Origin: Eledone cirrhosa
Lineage: Eukaryota
Assembly (NCBI GenBank): GCA_964016885.1
Contig: OZ024741.1
Coordinates: 83,948,001 to 84,012,000, forward strand
Direction of reading: 5' to 3'
DNA: 64,000 nucleotides
The notes under the pieces were generated by a model. The model was not told the origin of the DNA. It ran no database searches and was given only the letters and a program-made list of their open reading frames with translations. Below, in pieces: positions 13,059-25,612 of this stretch (within the stretch, counting starts at the first letter, position 1; every line of letters begins with the position of its first letter). Position numbers and translations under genes: made by a program.

Positions 13059-13454
13059 TAAAATGCGAGGAGATCAAACAGAAAAATATACCTATATTTT
13101 CTGCAAAGTCCCGACTGCTGTTTCGCCGAATTGCTTTGTAGCAAATTATGCACTATATAAGTGCACCATCGCCGTGTGTTTAATAAGTATATCCAGAGAA
13201 CCCTCAATTAGTGGAGTTTCTTGACCCAATCGGAACAAGTAAATAATTCTCGAGGGCAGAGGGAGGAAATTAACACGTGATACATTGGTCAAAGAAGGGG
13301 GATAAAGGTGGATAATCAGTGAGTACCGTATTTGCTAGAAACGGCAGTTAACACCCACCTGGTTAACTCGACCATAAGAGAGTTTGGGACAATATACTAA
13401 TGATATACACAGAGAGATACATAGTTATATATATATATAAAAAACATTTGTTTT

Positions 13455-13986
13455 CACTCTAACATAGCAGATAACTAAATATATTCGTGAGTGAATAAAT
13501 ATAATATAATAACAATATTAGTAATATTGGGTTCGTTTGCAATCAAGCAGCCTCAAACAGCATGTGTATTTTCTAGACGACTAATGTCACCCTTTTATTC
13601 CAGCGGTAGCAAAGAGAAAATAGTCTACAATTGTTTGGGTATTATTGCCCCTTATGAAGACTATGTATTCCCTCGTTACTGCTACCTGCTGGCACTGTTG
13701 AAAACACATAGTTTTCTCTAATGTATACATCAGCTGATTAGTCTCATTTGCATACCGAGCGATTCTACAGCCGGCTTTGCCGAAAATTTAAAACATAATT
13801 TCGTTTAACTCTAACATGGTCGATACCTAAATGAATTCGTGAGTGAATAAAAGTAATATTATAATAATATTATCTATATTCGGTCCGTTGGTAAGCAAAC
13901 AGCCGCATAACACCACGAATGTTTTCTAGGCTAATCAGCCGATATACATTAAAGAAAATTATCTATGTATTCTCACCAGTTCCAGC
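13455..13986. repeat. Diverged direct repeat (about 13455-13580 and 13808-13932) with inverted segment (13689-13741 and 13931-13986)
   Basis: Shared actctaacat...ttcgtgagtgaataaa...ttttctag blocks, plus a reverse-complement block. Confidence 0.7.
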
Positions 13987-15171
13987 ATACATTCAACGGG
14001 ACGGTGTAGCCCACCGTTGCTTTCGTTGATAAAATGCAATAGTTTTTAAATAAACTGAATGTCCGATTCGTGATTTAACGTTTAAACGATTTAACGATTT
14101 AAGATAATTTAACGTTAAGTGGTTGGGTATTCCCCATACATATATTTCTACCTGATTTTTTAAATTCTCCACCACTTTCATGTCTTAAGATGAGTATACA
14201 TTTGCCTACGTGTATTTGCCAGTCGTGTGTTTAAAGAAAGGCAAGTTAAGTAAATAAATATGTGGTGAATTATTTTAAAATGGTGTCTTTAATCCTCGGT
14301 CTGCTGTGATTAAGTACCATTATGGTCACAGACATTGCAGCTGGAATAGCCTGTCTTGCTGTTGATGTTTAGCTACACGGCTGCATTCATTTGCAAATCT
14401 CACTCTATCTTGATTTTTTTTAAATCCATCTCAACCTATGATCGCCATGCCTTTTTAAAGACATACTATGCTAATCAAAAATATCCGGTTGCTAATTCTA
14501 GTCTGGCAAATGATTATACACACGATTTGACCTTTTTCTCATTTCGTTCCCCAAATTTTCCCAGGACACATTAATTAACCTGATCCAAAGAAACCTCATC
14601 CAGCTATAGAATCCTGACCGTGGCATAACATAACCATAAAGGTAGACTGTCTATCTTCATGAATAAGCAAACAATCGTGCACTCATATATGGAATCATTC
14701 TCATCGATAACAGAAAATAGGTTTTTGAAATTTGTGATTTATCAACTTGGTCATAATACAACAGAAGGTATTTAGATTTGCTTCCATACATAACCTTATA
14801 ATGGTATGTTAATTATCCAGCGAATTTTTGATAGTATTTCAAGGCGCTTAGCATCACTGTTAACTCTTGCAAGAGAATATTAGAAGTAAAAGTAATGTTT
14901 AAGGAATCATTGCAGTTTCTGTGAAAATTGAGAGATGCGAAAATATATTCTGTTTAGTGGTTCCCATGTATCATTGAAATCAATTGTGACCCTTGGCACT
15001 GACAGTATTTTTCATCAGATATATGGAAGTACGATGTTTCACAACACGAGAACAAATATATTCCTAAACCAAAAATGTTATAATCTATATTATTTATACT
15101 AGATGTATATTAATGTTTTCCGCAGGCAATAGCAAAAATTATGTATATATACTTAATTTTGATAATAATAG

Positions 15172-15348
15172 TTGTTGCTACTTTTGGCTCAAGGCCAGCA
15201 AATACCCCAGTACGTGACTGGCACTTTCTTTTGTCGACCCCTTAAGGATGAAAGTTAACCTCGGTGGGATTTGAACTCAGAATGGCAAGGGCCGTAGCAC
15301 TATGCGTCAAAGCATGGCGTCCGACCCTCTACCGATACTGCCAATCCA
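15172..15348 (-). mobile_element. Octopus-type SINE, near full length
   Basis: Head, core and tail match the other copies. Confidence 0.9.
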
Positions 15349-15849
15349 GATAATAATAGTATTTATACGTATATATATGAACTATATACAATTATAGATA
15401 AATTATTAATATAGAGAGGAATTTATTCAATAGGTGGTAATTTATAGTGGAATAAAATGTGTTTGGGGAACTGTTGCCAGCTATCTAATGAGTGTTATAT
15501 TTATTTATAAAAAAAATAGTAATAAGGAACGTACTTTAGAAGGAAGAACATAGTAGGGTGCACAAAGTGTTCATTTATTCTTTTTATGGTTATTATAAAA
15601 TATAAGATATGTAGTAGATACGAGATATAAGAAGGAATGTATTAATATATTTATGTTATGGTAATAGTATGATCATTAAATGAGAGAAAAGGATATGAGA
15701 TAGAATATACCTAGGTTAATATGGTGGTAATGTTTATTAAACTCTGTGGGGCTGGTTATATAAATACAAAAATTAATGAATTAAAATAAAGGTAAAGTGT
15801 TAATTGTAATATGGGATTAGATCAGACATTGTTATACATTATCTGCTAA

Positions 15850-17600
15850 GTTTGAAATAGTGACAAGAGTGTCGGTGGTAGTGTGGACACGCGGAGAAAG
15901 TTTCCGACTTTCTATTTAATAGGTTTAAATTTGAATAAATAATAGTGAGAGACTCTAGGAGACAAAGGTTACAAAATTTGTTGGGTGATTTATAAGAGAG
16001 GGCCTTAGCTATCACGTCTCATTCTAGGGTATATACTTTATTTCTAGTTTTCAATGAGTGTATATAAGTAGATAATGAAGTAGCAATACCTTGTTTAGGA
16101 TTTCTAAAAGTGTTAAGATGTGAGTTATAGCTCGTGTTAAAGCTATTCGAGGTTGAACCAATATAAATTTTCGACATTTCATGTATTGTAACAGTACAGG
16201 AATAAATAATATCTTTAATTATGCAATTTTTCTCAATGGGCCAGTTTTATTTTGGTCTACAATTTCAATTGTTCTGCTTATTAGTATATTGGTTAAAGGG
16301 TGTGTGTGGTTGTATGGTTATTATAGTTGATAATGTGAGTATTAAGATTATAGTAATTATTTCTATTAATGTCATTATTACTATTATTCTTGATAACACT
16401 CTTCTGTACTGGGTTATTATGAAGGTTATTTCTATGTTGAAAATTATTAACTTGGTGTAATTGGAAAAATGTATTAATCTTCCTTTTGTTACTGCTAGCT
16501 ATATGGTTCGCAATGTTAGGTGCGGTAGAGTAAGAGATTATAATAGTATTTTTATTAATTAGTTTATGGTATTTATGGTTAATAGGGAAGTTCTTTTCTA
16601 TAATTGAGAATACTTTCGGTATGTTAGTAGAGACATTTAAGTTGAAAGGAGGATTAAAATATGTATTAATTCTTCTTCTATCCTTATGATCATTTTAATT
16701 TTTATCTATGTTATTGTCACTAAGATTAATAACTTTATTAGTTGTGTGCTGTTAGGTATAGTATTGTTTTTATCTTCGTTTTTAACATAATTATTCTTTA
16801 TATGATTTTTCTTAGGATGTTTATCATGGTGCAAGTTAACTATGTTGTTACTCTCAGTACTAAATCTCAAATACTCAATACTATGAGTATTTTAAATTTT
16901 ATTCATGTCTATATTATGTGAAATAATGTTAGATTGCTTATTGTAATAATTAGATGATGTTTTAGGTACAAATTTAATTTTATCTTTATGGCCGGTGCGA
17001 GCTAAGGCTTGATTTTAGTACTGGGAATTACGGTTAAATATAGTTTCACTATAAGAGAGACTAGTTATTCTATTAGATACGCCTTTAATAATTGAGTTTA
17101 ATACAGATTTGGGGTGGTTAGAGTTGGTATTATTCGGTTTATGATAAGGTGTATATATTTTAGAATCTAAGCAAAAGGTAACATCAAGGAAGTTACCATT
17201 TCTAGTGTTTTTATCAAAAGTGATAGCTAAGTTGAAGTTTTTAAATAATTTATGTAATTGTTTTCTAGTTCTTTCCATATTATATTTTTACATATTATAT
17301 TTTTACATTCTAAGAGGAATAGGGCGTCGTCTTGATTGAAACCGCCATTAAGATAAGGTCTATTCTTATGGATTTCGTTTAAGAGGTATAAACCAAATAA
17401 ATCTGTAATCACATAGTGATGTCACATTGCGATGTCACATTGTGATGTCACATTGCGGGTCCATAATTGATCTTCAAATAAAATTATGGTTTTACGGGCG
17501 GCAAGGATAGCATCCACTTGGTATCTTGTAAGATCACTATTATTCATAGTCATTATTAGTGCTTTCTTTAAAAGAATAGGAGAAATTGGAAGAAGCGATC
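15850..17600 (-). mobile_element. Penelope-like retroelement pseudo-ORF (RT C-terminal half plus GIY-YIG endonuclease)
   Basis: GGFNQDDALF (degenerate GLYRDD), NFLDVTF..YHKPN..SNHPK, YFNPPFNLNVSTN, IIYSCTV..IYIGSTSN, CNLCLLE and SACPH, with many stops and frameshifts. Confidence 0.9.
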
Positions 17601-17686
17601 GTCAGCAATTAAATGCATTAAGCAAAAATTTGATTGGATTATATTTTGTATATACTTAAAATTATCTATATTAAAAAAATCATTTT

Positions 17687-17747
<61 letters not shown>

Positions 17748-17894
17748 TTTTTTTGTAGTATATGTTGGTTGTATACCAACACCTCAGTATGCAGGTTGGA
17801 GCACTCGACGAAGTGTGCAGGTTGGTTTGGTTACTCCGGAGTAATGTAAAATTAAATAAATAAGTCAGATGTTTACAATTTAACTTCGTTTATT

Positions 17895-17951
17895 ACTGCT
17901 ATATATATATTTCGGTGACAGCCATCTTTGGCTGTGACCTCTTCAGGCAGT
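17895..17951 (-). ncRNA. Type I hammerhead ribozyme, family A-like (best preserved)
   Basis: Minus strand: ACTGC-CTGAAGA-GGT c ACAGCCA aaga TGGCTGT c ACC-GAAA-tatatata-TA-GCAGT. Stem II covaries relative to the 2659 copy. Confidence 0.9.
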
Positions 17952-18067
17952 CCGAATTAGTGGGGTAGAGACAAGTACATATGTTGTTTAGGTGTATAAC
18001 TTTGTCAATACCCTGATATGCCCAGTTTCTGGTTGGGTTATTATTTCTCTGAGGAACTGGAATCATA

Positions 18068-18129
<62 letters not shown>

Positions 18130-18680
18130 AAATGATTTTTTTTCTTAAAGAGATGTCTCACACGGGTGAAAGTATAAGGAAAAGAAAAGGAAAATGAAAA
18201 TGGAGTTTTTTAAGAATATTTATTTGTTTACTTTACTGGTTTCACATTTCCCATGTTTCACAAAACTAAAATTGAGATGGAGTGTTTGTGTTTCTGTTGT
18301 GTTTCGTCCCGAGACAAACCGCACGAGTAAATAAATACATTTTATTAATAGACTCCAGGTGCATTTTCATTTTCATTTCCTTATATATATATATATTGAA
18401 GTTGGTGGTATACTACTTGATATAACTGGTCATTCCGTATAGTTAATCATGATGCTATAGTAGAAAAAGTAATCAACATAACGCAACACACTTATCGTTG
18501 ATGTAAGATTGTATGGGTGGTGCGTGAACACTATTATTCAATAAAGTGACAGGAGACCGCTGTCATTGTATGCATATATATATATTTACGTAGAGCACGG
18601 AGCGTATGTGCATAAACACATATGTACCGTTTCGTATTTTGACAGTATTGTATAATCTCAATGTACGAGAACAGAGCCGT

Positions 18681-19826
18681 TATATGTAAAAGAAATCAAA
18701 GAACACTTACATAATCTAACAGTTTTTATTTGCTGACAATGTTTCATCCATACCATCAGAGTTTAATAAACAAAAACACAGGGCTGAGTATAAGCTCTAC
18801 CAAGGTCAAATAATTGGAATACAATAGAGGGTAAAAATAGGGAGATCGGGGATGGCGAATAAAGAGAGAGTACATGTAGGGGTTGTTGTTAAGCACTACA
18901 GCTAAATGCTAGGGTACAGGCTGAGTTTTTCACAAGATGCAGATACAAGTGATGACACACAAAAGCAAAAAGTATAAACAATTGTTAAAACATATAATAA
19001 AAAAGTAAAAGGAAGATAATATAAAGAAAGGAAAAATAAATAAAAAAAATTTAAAAGGAAAAAAGAAAAAAGAAAAGAAAAAAAGAAAAGAAAAAAGAAA
19101 AGAAAAAAGAAAAGAAAAAAGAAAAGAAAAAAGAAAAGAAAAAAGAAAATAGAAAAAAAGAAAAAAAGAAAAAAAAGAAAAACAGAAAAAAAGAAAAAAA
19201 GAAAAAAAGAAAAAAAGAAAAAAAGAAAAAAAGAAAAAAAGAAAAAACAAGAAATAAGAAAAAAGAAAAAGTTTTAAGCACATAAAAAGCCAGACGAATT
19301 TAAGCGCTGGTCCCTAATATAACAAGTGAATAAGATCTCTGTAACTTATAGTTATATAAGTACTAAAAGGTTCTTAAAGTAACCGCAGAAAGCCCAGAGC
19401 AATTTTAATCCTCGCCATAGTATACATAAACAAGGTATACTAGTAGGTAATTGAATTACGGGGCCCACAGGTGTTCAACAAGTATATAGACAGGTACCAC
19501 ATAAATACAAGCCATACACAAGCAAAGCGGGGTTATTACAAGATAGAGCTGAGTACAACAAGTGCCTGTACCCTAGCATTTAGCTGTAGTGCTTAATAAC
19601 AACCCCAACAAGTACTCTCTCCTTATTCGCCATATCCAATCTTCCTACTGTTATCCTCTATTGTATTCCAAGTGTTTGTGTGACAAAGCTTGGTAGAGAT
19701 TATACTCAGCACTGTGTTTTTGTTTATTAAGCTCTGATGAATCCTGCCCAACGGTATGGATGAAACATTGTTAGCAAATAAAAACTGTTTGAGTATGTAA
19801 GCGTTCTTTGATTTCTTTTACATATA
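18681..19826. mobile_element. Non-coding foldback element (arms 18681-18921 and 19564-19826) with an HHR in the arms and an A/G-rich spacer
   Basis: Reverse-complement arms; (GAAAAAA)n tract at 19050-19270; TA at the ends. Confidence 0.85.
19731..19775 (+). ncRNA. Type I hammerhead ribozyme, family E
   Basis: GCT-CTGATGA-ATCC tgcc caac ggta t GGAT-GAAAC att GTT-AGC. The partner arm at 18732-18762(-) has a GTC site but a deleted stem II. Confidence 0.75.
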
Positions 19827-20063
19827 TATATATATATACATATAAAGGATAACAAAATATCGTTATACGTAATCCAATTAGAGGTGGTGAATACTTTTTA
19901 TTATGGATAGTTTTAGCGTACGGCGTTGCTTGACTCAACAAGAGGTTTAGGTAGTTGACGATTTATGATTTCAATAATATTCCTATGTAGGTTTATCTTG
20001 GAGTAATAAAATTGAAAACGTGGAGATTAACATGGTCAACAGTACAAAAAGGGGATTTATTTG

Positions 20064-20173
20064 CAGTCTAACAATTGTTTCACTGATAGAGTTGTCTAAA
20101 AATTGCTGAACCCTAAAAACACTGCCACTCAATTTTAAATACGATGTTAACTCCACTAGATCATCAGAAACTG
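20064..20173 (-). ncRNA. Type I hammerhead ribozyme with long (~80-nt) stem II, family F
   Basis: Minus strand: CAGTTT-CTGATGA-t ct a GTGGAGTT...AACTCTAT c ag t-GAAA-CAATTG-TT-AGACTG. The copy at 21955-22064(+) has GAAA changed to TAAA. Confidence 0.75.
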
Positions 20174-20853
20174 TTAAAAAAATACATATATGTAACCGGC
20201 AAATTTACAAATTCAAATTACATCATCAATAATAATATTACTAATAAAGATATATGGAGAAAAGGAGGAAGAAAGGCAGGTAGAAACAGTACAGAAAGAA
20301 GGAAAGGAAGGAGAAAGAAAAAGAGAAAGAAAAACAAAAGGAGAAATTATTATAGATAGAAATATAAAGAGAGGAAGATATATAGAAGATGATGGTATAT
20401 AGATGAGAGACAAACATAAGTAAGAATAACGTAGGATAGAGAGAAGAATAAAGGGACAAATAGATGAATAAACGTTAATGTATGAATAAATGTAAATAAA
20501 AATAAAAATAGATATATAAAATATATATGAAAATGTGGTGAAAATATGATAATGTTAAATATATTATATGTGTGTATTAGTTATTTTAATAATTAAATAA
20601 ATTTATTAGTTTTAAGTTATATTATATTATAAAATAAAATGACAGAAATGAAATAAATTTAGGGAGAGAAATATTAAGATAAAAAGTGGAAAATAGAGAT
20701 ATATAAAATAAGAATGTAAATATAAGACGTTTTGATGTTGTTCTTTGATAGATGATGACAATTATAATTATAATTATAATGATGATGATGTTGATAATGT
20801 CATATAATAGATCCAAGTGGTACAATCTGGGTTATGGAATAGATAAGATGAAA

Positions 20854-21600
20854 TTAAACTGGTCTAAAGTTCTCAAATTTAGTCGCCGATTTATGTCGAC
20901 AAAAAATGCTTTTTCCAATTTTACTGTTAAGAAGAATTTTTTGGTAATTTAAAATTTGGAAAAGTTCCATATTACAGAGACTACAGTGAGACATACCAAT
21001 TTGATAGGCCTTTGCTTTTGATGGCTTTGTCCACCTGATTTTATATTCCAGGTTTGCATCTTTAAGTTGGCAGATTTTATTGGCGAGAGTCGTTGTCTTT
21101 GAGAGATTCCTGTTAGTCATAGAGTGTCTATGTATGTACCAGCTTTTGTTAAACTCACCAGCTGTGGAACCAATGTAATGCCATGTTATGCTACCTGAAT
21201 TTATAGTACATAGGTATACTATATTTGTCTCTAGGTATCTGTTTTGTAAAGGACATTTGTCAGGTAGATAGCAGTTACATTTAGATGTTTTTCTATGCGC
21301 AGGTTCTTCTATATGGTTTTGTAGGTTGCTATGTATGGGCTGAGAATTGTGTTTGTTGATGTATTGTGGTGATGTGCTCTGACGTGTGGTTGGTTGTGAT
21401 GATGTTATATGCTTATGTTTTGTATTAGGTGTTATTTGCGGGCCACTTGTATTATAAATTCTTTTATAGTTCATTTTATTTATGTGCGATTCTAGTTTGA
21501 TAGTTTTTCTATTAAAGATTTGTTGAAGGATCATAAATGTAACTTCGAAATTAATTAGATTAATTTCTCCATCAAAATCAGTTATAGGCAGAATTAGCAA
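20854..21600 (-). pseudogene. PLE GIY-YIG endonuclease domain (truncated ORF, 248 aa)
   Basis: CNCYLPDKCPL, NIVYLCTI..WHYIGSTAGEF, CSLCNMELFQI, LLNSK..CRHK. Confidence 0.92.
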
Positions 21601-22115
21601 GTTTATACTAGATAGAATAATAAGAACAACTAATAATCAAGCTTTAACGTTTATTCATCTTTATTCTTCTCTCTATCCTATGTTATTCTTACTTATCTTT
21701 GACTCTCATCTATATACCATCATCTTCTATATATCTTCTTCTCTTTATATTTTTATCTATAATAATTTCTCCTTTACATCTTCTTTCTCTTTTTCCTTTT
21801 CCTTCTTCTTTTTTCTCCTTCCTTTCCTTCTTTCTGTACTGTTTCTATCTCCATTTCTTCCTCCTTTTCTCTCTATATATTTATTATTAATATTATTATT
21901 GATGATGTAATTTGAATTTGTAAATTTGCCGGTTACATATATGTGTTTTTGTAACAGTTTCTGATGATCTAGTAGAGTTAATATCGTATTTAAAATTGAG
22001 TGGCACAGTTTATAGTGTTCAGAAATATTTAGACAATTCTATCAGTTAAACAATTGTTAGACTGCAAATAAATATCCTTTTTTGTACAGGTGACCATGTT
22101 ATTCTCCACTTTTTC

Positions 22116-22184
<69 letters not shown>

Positions 22185-22189
<5 letters not shown>

Positions 22190-22435
22190 CAATAACAGAG
22201 ATAGTTTAAAGCTAAACTCTGACTGGTAACCATCTCACTCAACAAACATTAGGTTATATTTTAATATAAAACCAATTTAAATGTTTGGGGTGCTAACAAT
22301 ATGTATTATGTGGAAAAGCCAGTTGTATTATTTTATGAGATATAATTAAAGTTAAAATACATCTCTCTTTCCAAACAATTGTTTCATTATAAGTTTTCTA
22401 CAAATTGGGAGAATATTTCCAGTTTATGTAGAAGC
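22185..22435 (-). mobile_element. Second, truncated copy of family D element (3' half of the branched HHR)
   Basis: Homologous to 10010-10255. Minus strand has TTATAAT-GAAA-CAATTG-TT-TGG and the TTCTACA/TGTAGAA hairpin. Confidence 0.75.
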
Positions 22436-22564
22436 CTAATATACATTCATGTAAGAATATATTAATATATGCGTATATATATATATATATATACGCATAT
22501 ATTAATATATAGTTATATACATACAAATATATAAATATATATTAATATATGCGTATATATATAT

Positions 22565-22644
<80 letters not shown>

Positions 22645-22704
22645 GCATATATTAATATATAGTTATATATGTGTATGTATATATGAAAGTATGTATATAT
22701 ATAT

Positions 22705-23728
22705 GTGGACGCCACCCCTGGAGGGATATTAGCTAACCAGTGTAGAAAGGGCCTGAGAAAGACCCACTTAAAAATAAAGGTGGTAGAAAAGCCAGGAACC
22801 ACTATAAAATCCCTGATCAGAAAAACCTACCCTTTTAAGATAACCCACTGTACCAATAGGAAATGTATCATATGTAAGGTGAACGCCCGGATAAACTGTA
22901 AAGCTAGAAACGTAGTCTATAGCATAAGATGTACAGAGGGTACTTGCAGAAACATGACAACAACATACATAGGTGAGACAGTTCGTAGCAGAGGTGAAAG
23001 GATAGACCAACACTGGGGGGAACTAAAAGGAAGAAAAAACGGGTCAGTACTATAAGAACATGCTGGACAACAACATGACGGTAACATAGACAACATAGAA
23101 ATTAGAATAATATCTAAACATAGAAATGACCCAGCAGATAGGAAAATCAGAGAGGCCAGTGAAATAGAAATTAGAAGACCAAAGCTAAATAGAAAGAATG
23201 AATGGAATAACAACAACACCCAAACAAACAACACTGACCTAAGAGAAGTATAAATAAGTAAATAAAATAAGATAAATAAATACATACACAAGCACAATAA
23301 CAACAAGCACATAAACACACACTAGTCACCCATCACACAGCAAACATTACACTATACACACACGCAAACGCATGCGCAAAGAAGACAAAATAAAATAAAC
23401 AAACAAGCAAATAAATAAATAAATATATAGACAGACTGAATAAAAAATGGCGTAGACATACAACACAACAGGAGGAAAATATAACACCACTGACGATGTT
23501 GTAGATGTGCAACGAAAGATTTATGATAAACTATATATATGTGTTTGTGTCTATATTGTATCTGTATTATTTTTGACCGTCGGTCAGTCAATGGCAACAT
23601 TGAGGACCGAGTAAGTTAGATTACCGACATAAAAGACACATAAGCGAGAAGCGAAAACCAACCAAACAGTGAGTGTGTTCTGTTATTAATTCTGGCAATA
23701 TTACACAAATATGACCCTTCCCAAGTAT

Positions 23729-23735
<7 letters not shown>
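22705..23735 (+). mobile_element. PLE 3' fragment: Zn-knuckle and GIY-YIG (one in-frame stop), 3' UTR and HHR
   Basis: [40 protein letters not shown], then *EHAGQQH..RKIREASEI..LNRKNEW. (TA)n at both ends. Confidence 0.9.
23486..23527 (+). ncRNA. Type I hammerhead ribozyme, family G (stem I partly degenerate)
   Basis: acca-CTGACGA-t-GTTGTA gatg TGCAAC-GAAA-gatt-TA-tgat. Confidence 0.65.
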
Positions 23736-23771
<36 letters not shown>

Positions 23772-23816
23772 CTTTCGTATATACATACAAATATATAAAT
23801 ATATATTAATATACGC

Positions 23817-23879
<63 letters not shown>

Positions 23880-23887
<8 letters not shown>

Positions 23888-24090
23888 ATGAACACCGATA
23901 CACGTATACATGTGTTCGAATTGCAAATGACCAAGTTAACGCCAATATAGGTTTGTTATTTTTATTGATTTATTATTTTAGATCGAGACAGACAAAGCAT
24001 ATTATGTTAAATTAGTACTTTTCAAACTAGCTAACTTGGTCATTTGCAATTCGAACACATGTATAATTGTTTAGATGTTCATCCCTCATA
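23880..24090. repeat. Short foldback (arms about 23880-23939 and 24032-24090)
   Basis: atgtgttcgaattgcaaatgaccaagtta and its reverse complement. Confidence 0.8.
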
Positions 24091-24284
24091 TATTTATTTG
24101 TATTACGCGGCTCGGAAATATTCCCTTCTTTGAGCTATTTAATTGTAAAAGACTATTTCGAGTTTATAACTCAATATATGATATATATATATATATATTT
24201 GCAACAATGAATTTACTTAAAATGTATAAATATTAAAATCTGTAATATTTTATGAATATACTTATTTTTTAAAATTAAGACTAC

Positions 24285-24285
24285 T

Positions 24286-24329
<44 letters not shown>

Positions 24330-24361
24330 GGTGGTGGTGGTTATGGAGGTGGTTGTCGTGT

Positions 24362-24403
<42 letters not shown>

Positions 24404-24461
24404 AAGTAGTAGTAGTAGTAGTAGTAGTGGTAGGAGTGCTGGCGGTGATGGGGAGGTGGTT

Positions 24462-24495
<34 letters not shown>

Positions 24496-24574
24496 CAGCA
24501 GTAGCAGCAGAAGCAGCAGCAGTAGTATTAGTAGTAGTAGTATTAGTAGTAGTAGTGGTGGTGGTGGTGATGGA

Positions 24575-24639
<65 letters not shown>

Positions 24640-24727
24640 AGGTGGTGGTGACGGTGGTGGTGGTTGTAGTAGTAGTAGTATTAGTAGTAGTAGTTGTAGT
24701 AGTCGTGGTGGTTGTTGTAGTAGTAGG
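24285..24727. repeat. (TAG)n/(TGG)n trinucleotide repeat
   Basis: Direct reading; similar tracts at 26780-27150 (GAT) and 28370-28600. Confidence 0.98.
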
Positions 24728-24752
24728 GTATTTTTGTTGTAAACGTTGAGGA

Positions 24753-24811
<59 letters not shown>

Positions 24812-24934
24812 GGAGGTGAGTTTTATTGTAGTACAATAAAGCAATGCAGATATCGGATAGGTAGCACACTACAGTTTGAGGGACTGGAGTATAAATAATA
24901 TAAGATCAAAAGATGGTTAAAAGAGTTCCATGTA

Positions 24935-24999
24935 TTTTATTATACGCATTTCAAAAGCAAATATCATCATGAGATGACATTTGTGTTTTCGTCAGATAA
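24935..24999 (-). ncRNA. Hammerhead ribozyme family B (inverted arm copy)
   Basis: Minus strand: TTAT-CTGACGA-aaacaCAAATGTCATC tcat GATGATATTTGctttt-GAAA-tgcgta-TA-ATAA. Confidence 0.8.
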
Positions 25000-25425
25000 T
25001 CATCATTCTTCTTTTAAATACCAACTTAAAAGAACCAACACAGCACTTTCAGAACTCATATGGTCCTTGAAAGACAAAAATATTAACTATAACATCTCTT
25101 GGAGGAAAGGTTGCTCTGCCTCTCCCTACTTGAATGCCTCTCTATCCAAAATGTGTAATCTTTGTTTATGTGAGAAATTTACCATTATATCTAATTTACA
25201 TTCTATAATAAATAAACGCACTGACTTATTTTCTCCCTGCTTGCATAAATTCCACAGAACATTCCATAAAGTATACTGCTAATATCTAATACTTTACCAG
25301 TTTAAAATCCTTTTTCTCAAAGGCATATATATATATTTCTTTAAAAATATACCCATCTTTCTACCTTATTTCAATAATATTTATTATACATTATATAACA
25401 CTAGTTACTAGTTACTAGTTACTAG

Positions 25426-25612
25426 AAGGCGGTGAATTGGCAGTATCGGTAGAGGGTCTGATGCCATGCTTTCTAGCATAGTTACATTCCTTTACGGTTT
25501 GAGTTCAAATCCCGTCGAGGTTAACTTTGCCTTTGATCCTTACGTGCTCGGTAAAATCTAGTACCAGTAATGTACTGGGTAATTGCTGGCCTTGTGCCCA
25601 AAGTAGAAACAA
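25426..25612 (+). mobile_element. Octopus-type SINE, full length, with ~20-bp target-site duplication
   Basis: attatataacactagttact occurs on both sides. Confidence 0.9.

Larger units (their letters stand above)
20008..22121 (-). mobile_element. 5'-truncated Penelope-like element with inverted 5' pseudo-LTR
   Basis: Arms about 20008-20478 and 21644-22121 are inverted copies enclosing the GIY-YIG ORF. Confidence 0.9.

Noticed and set aside
17418-17457. Three tandem gatgtcacattg(c/t) units
   Set aside because: Local slippage in the PLE remnant with no spacers; not CRISPR-like.
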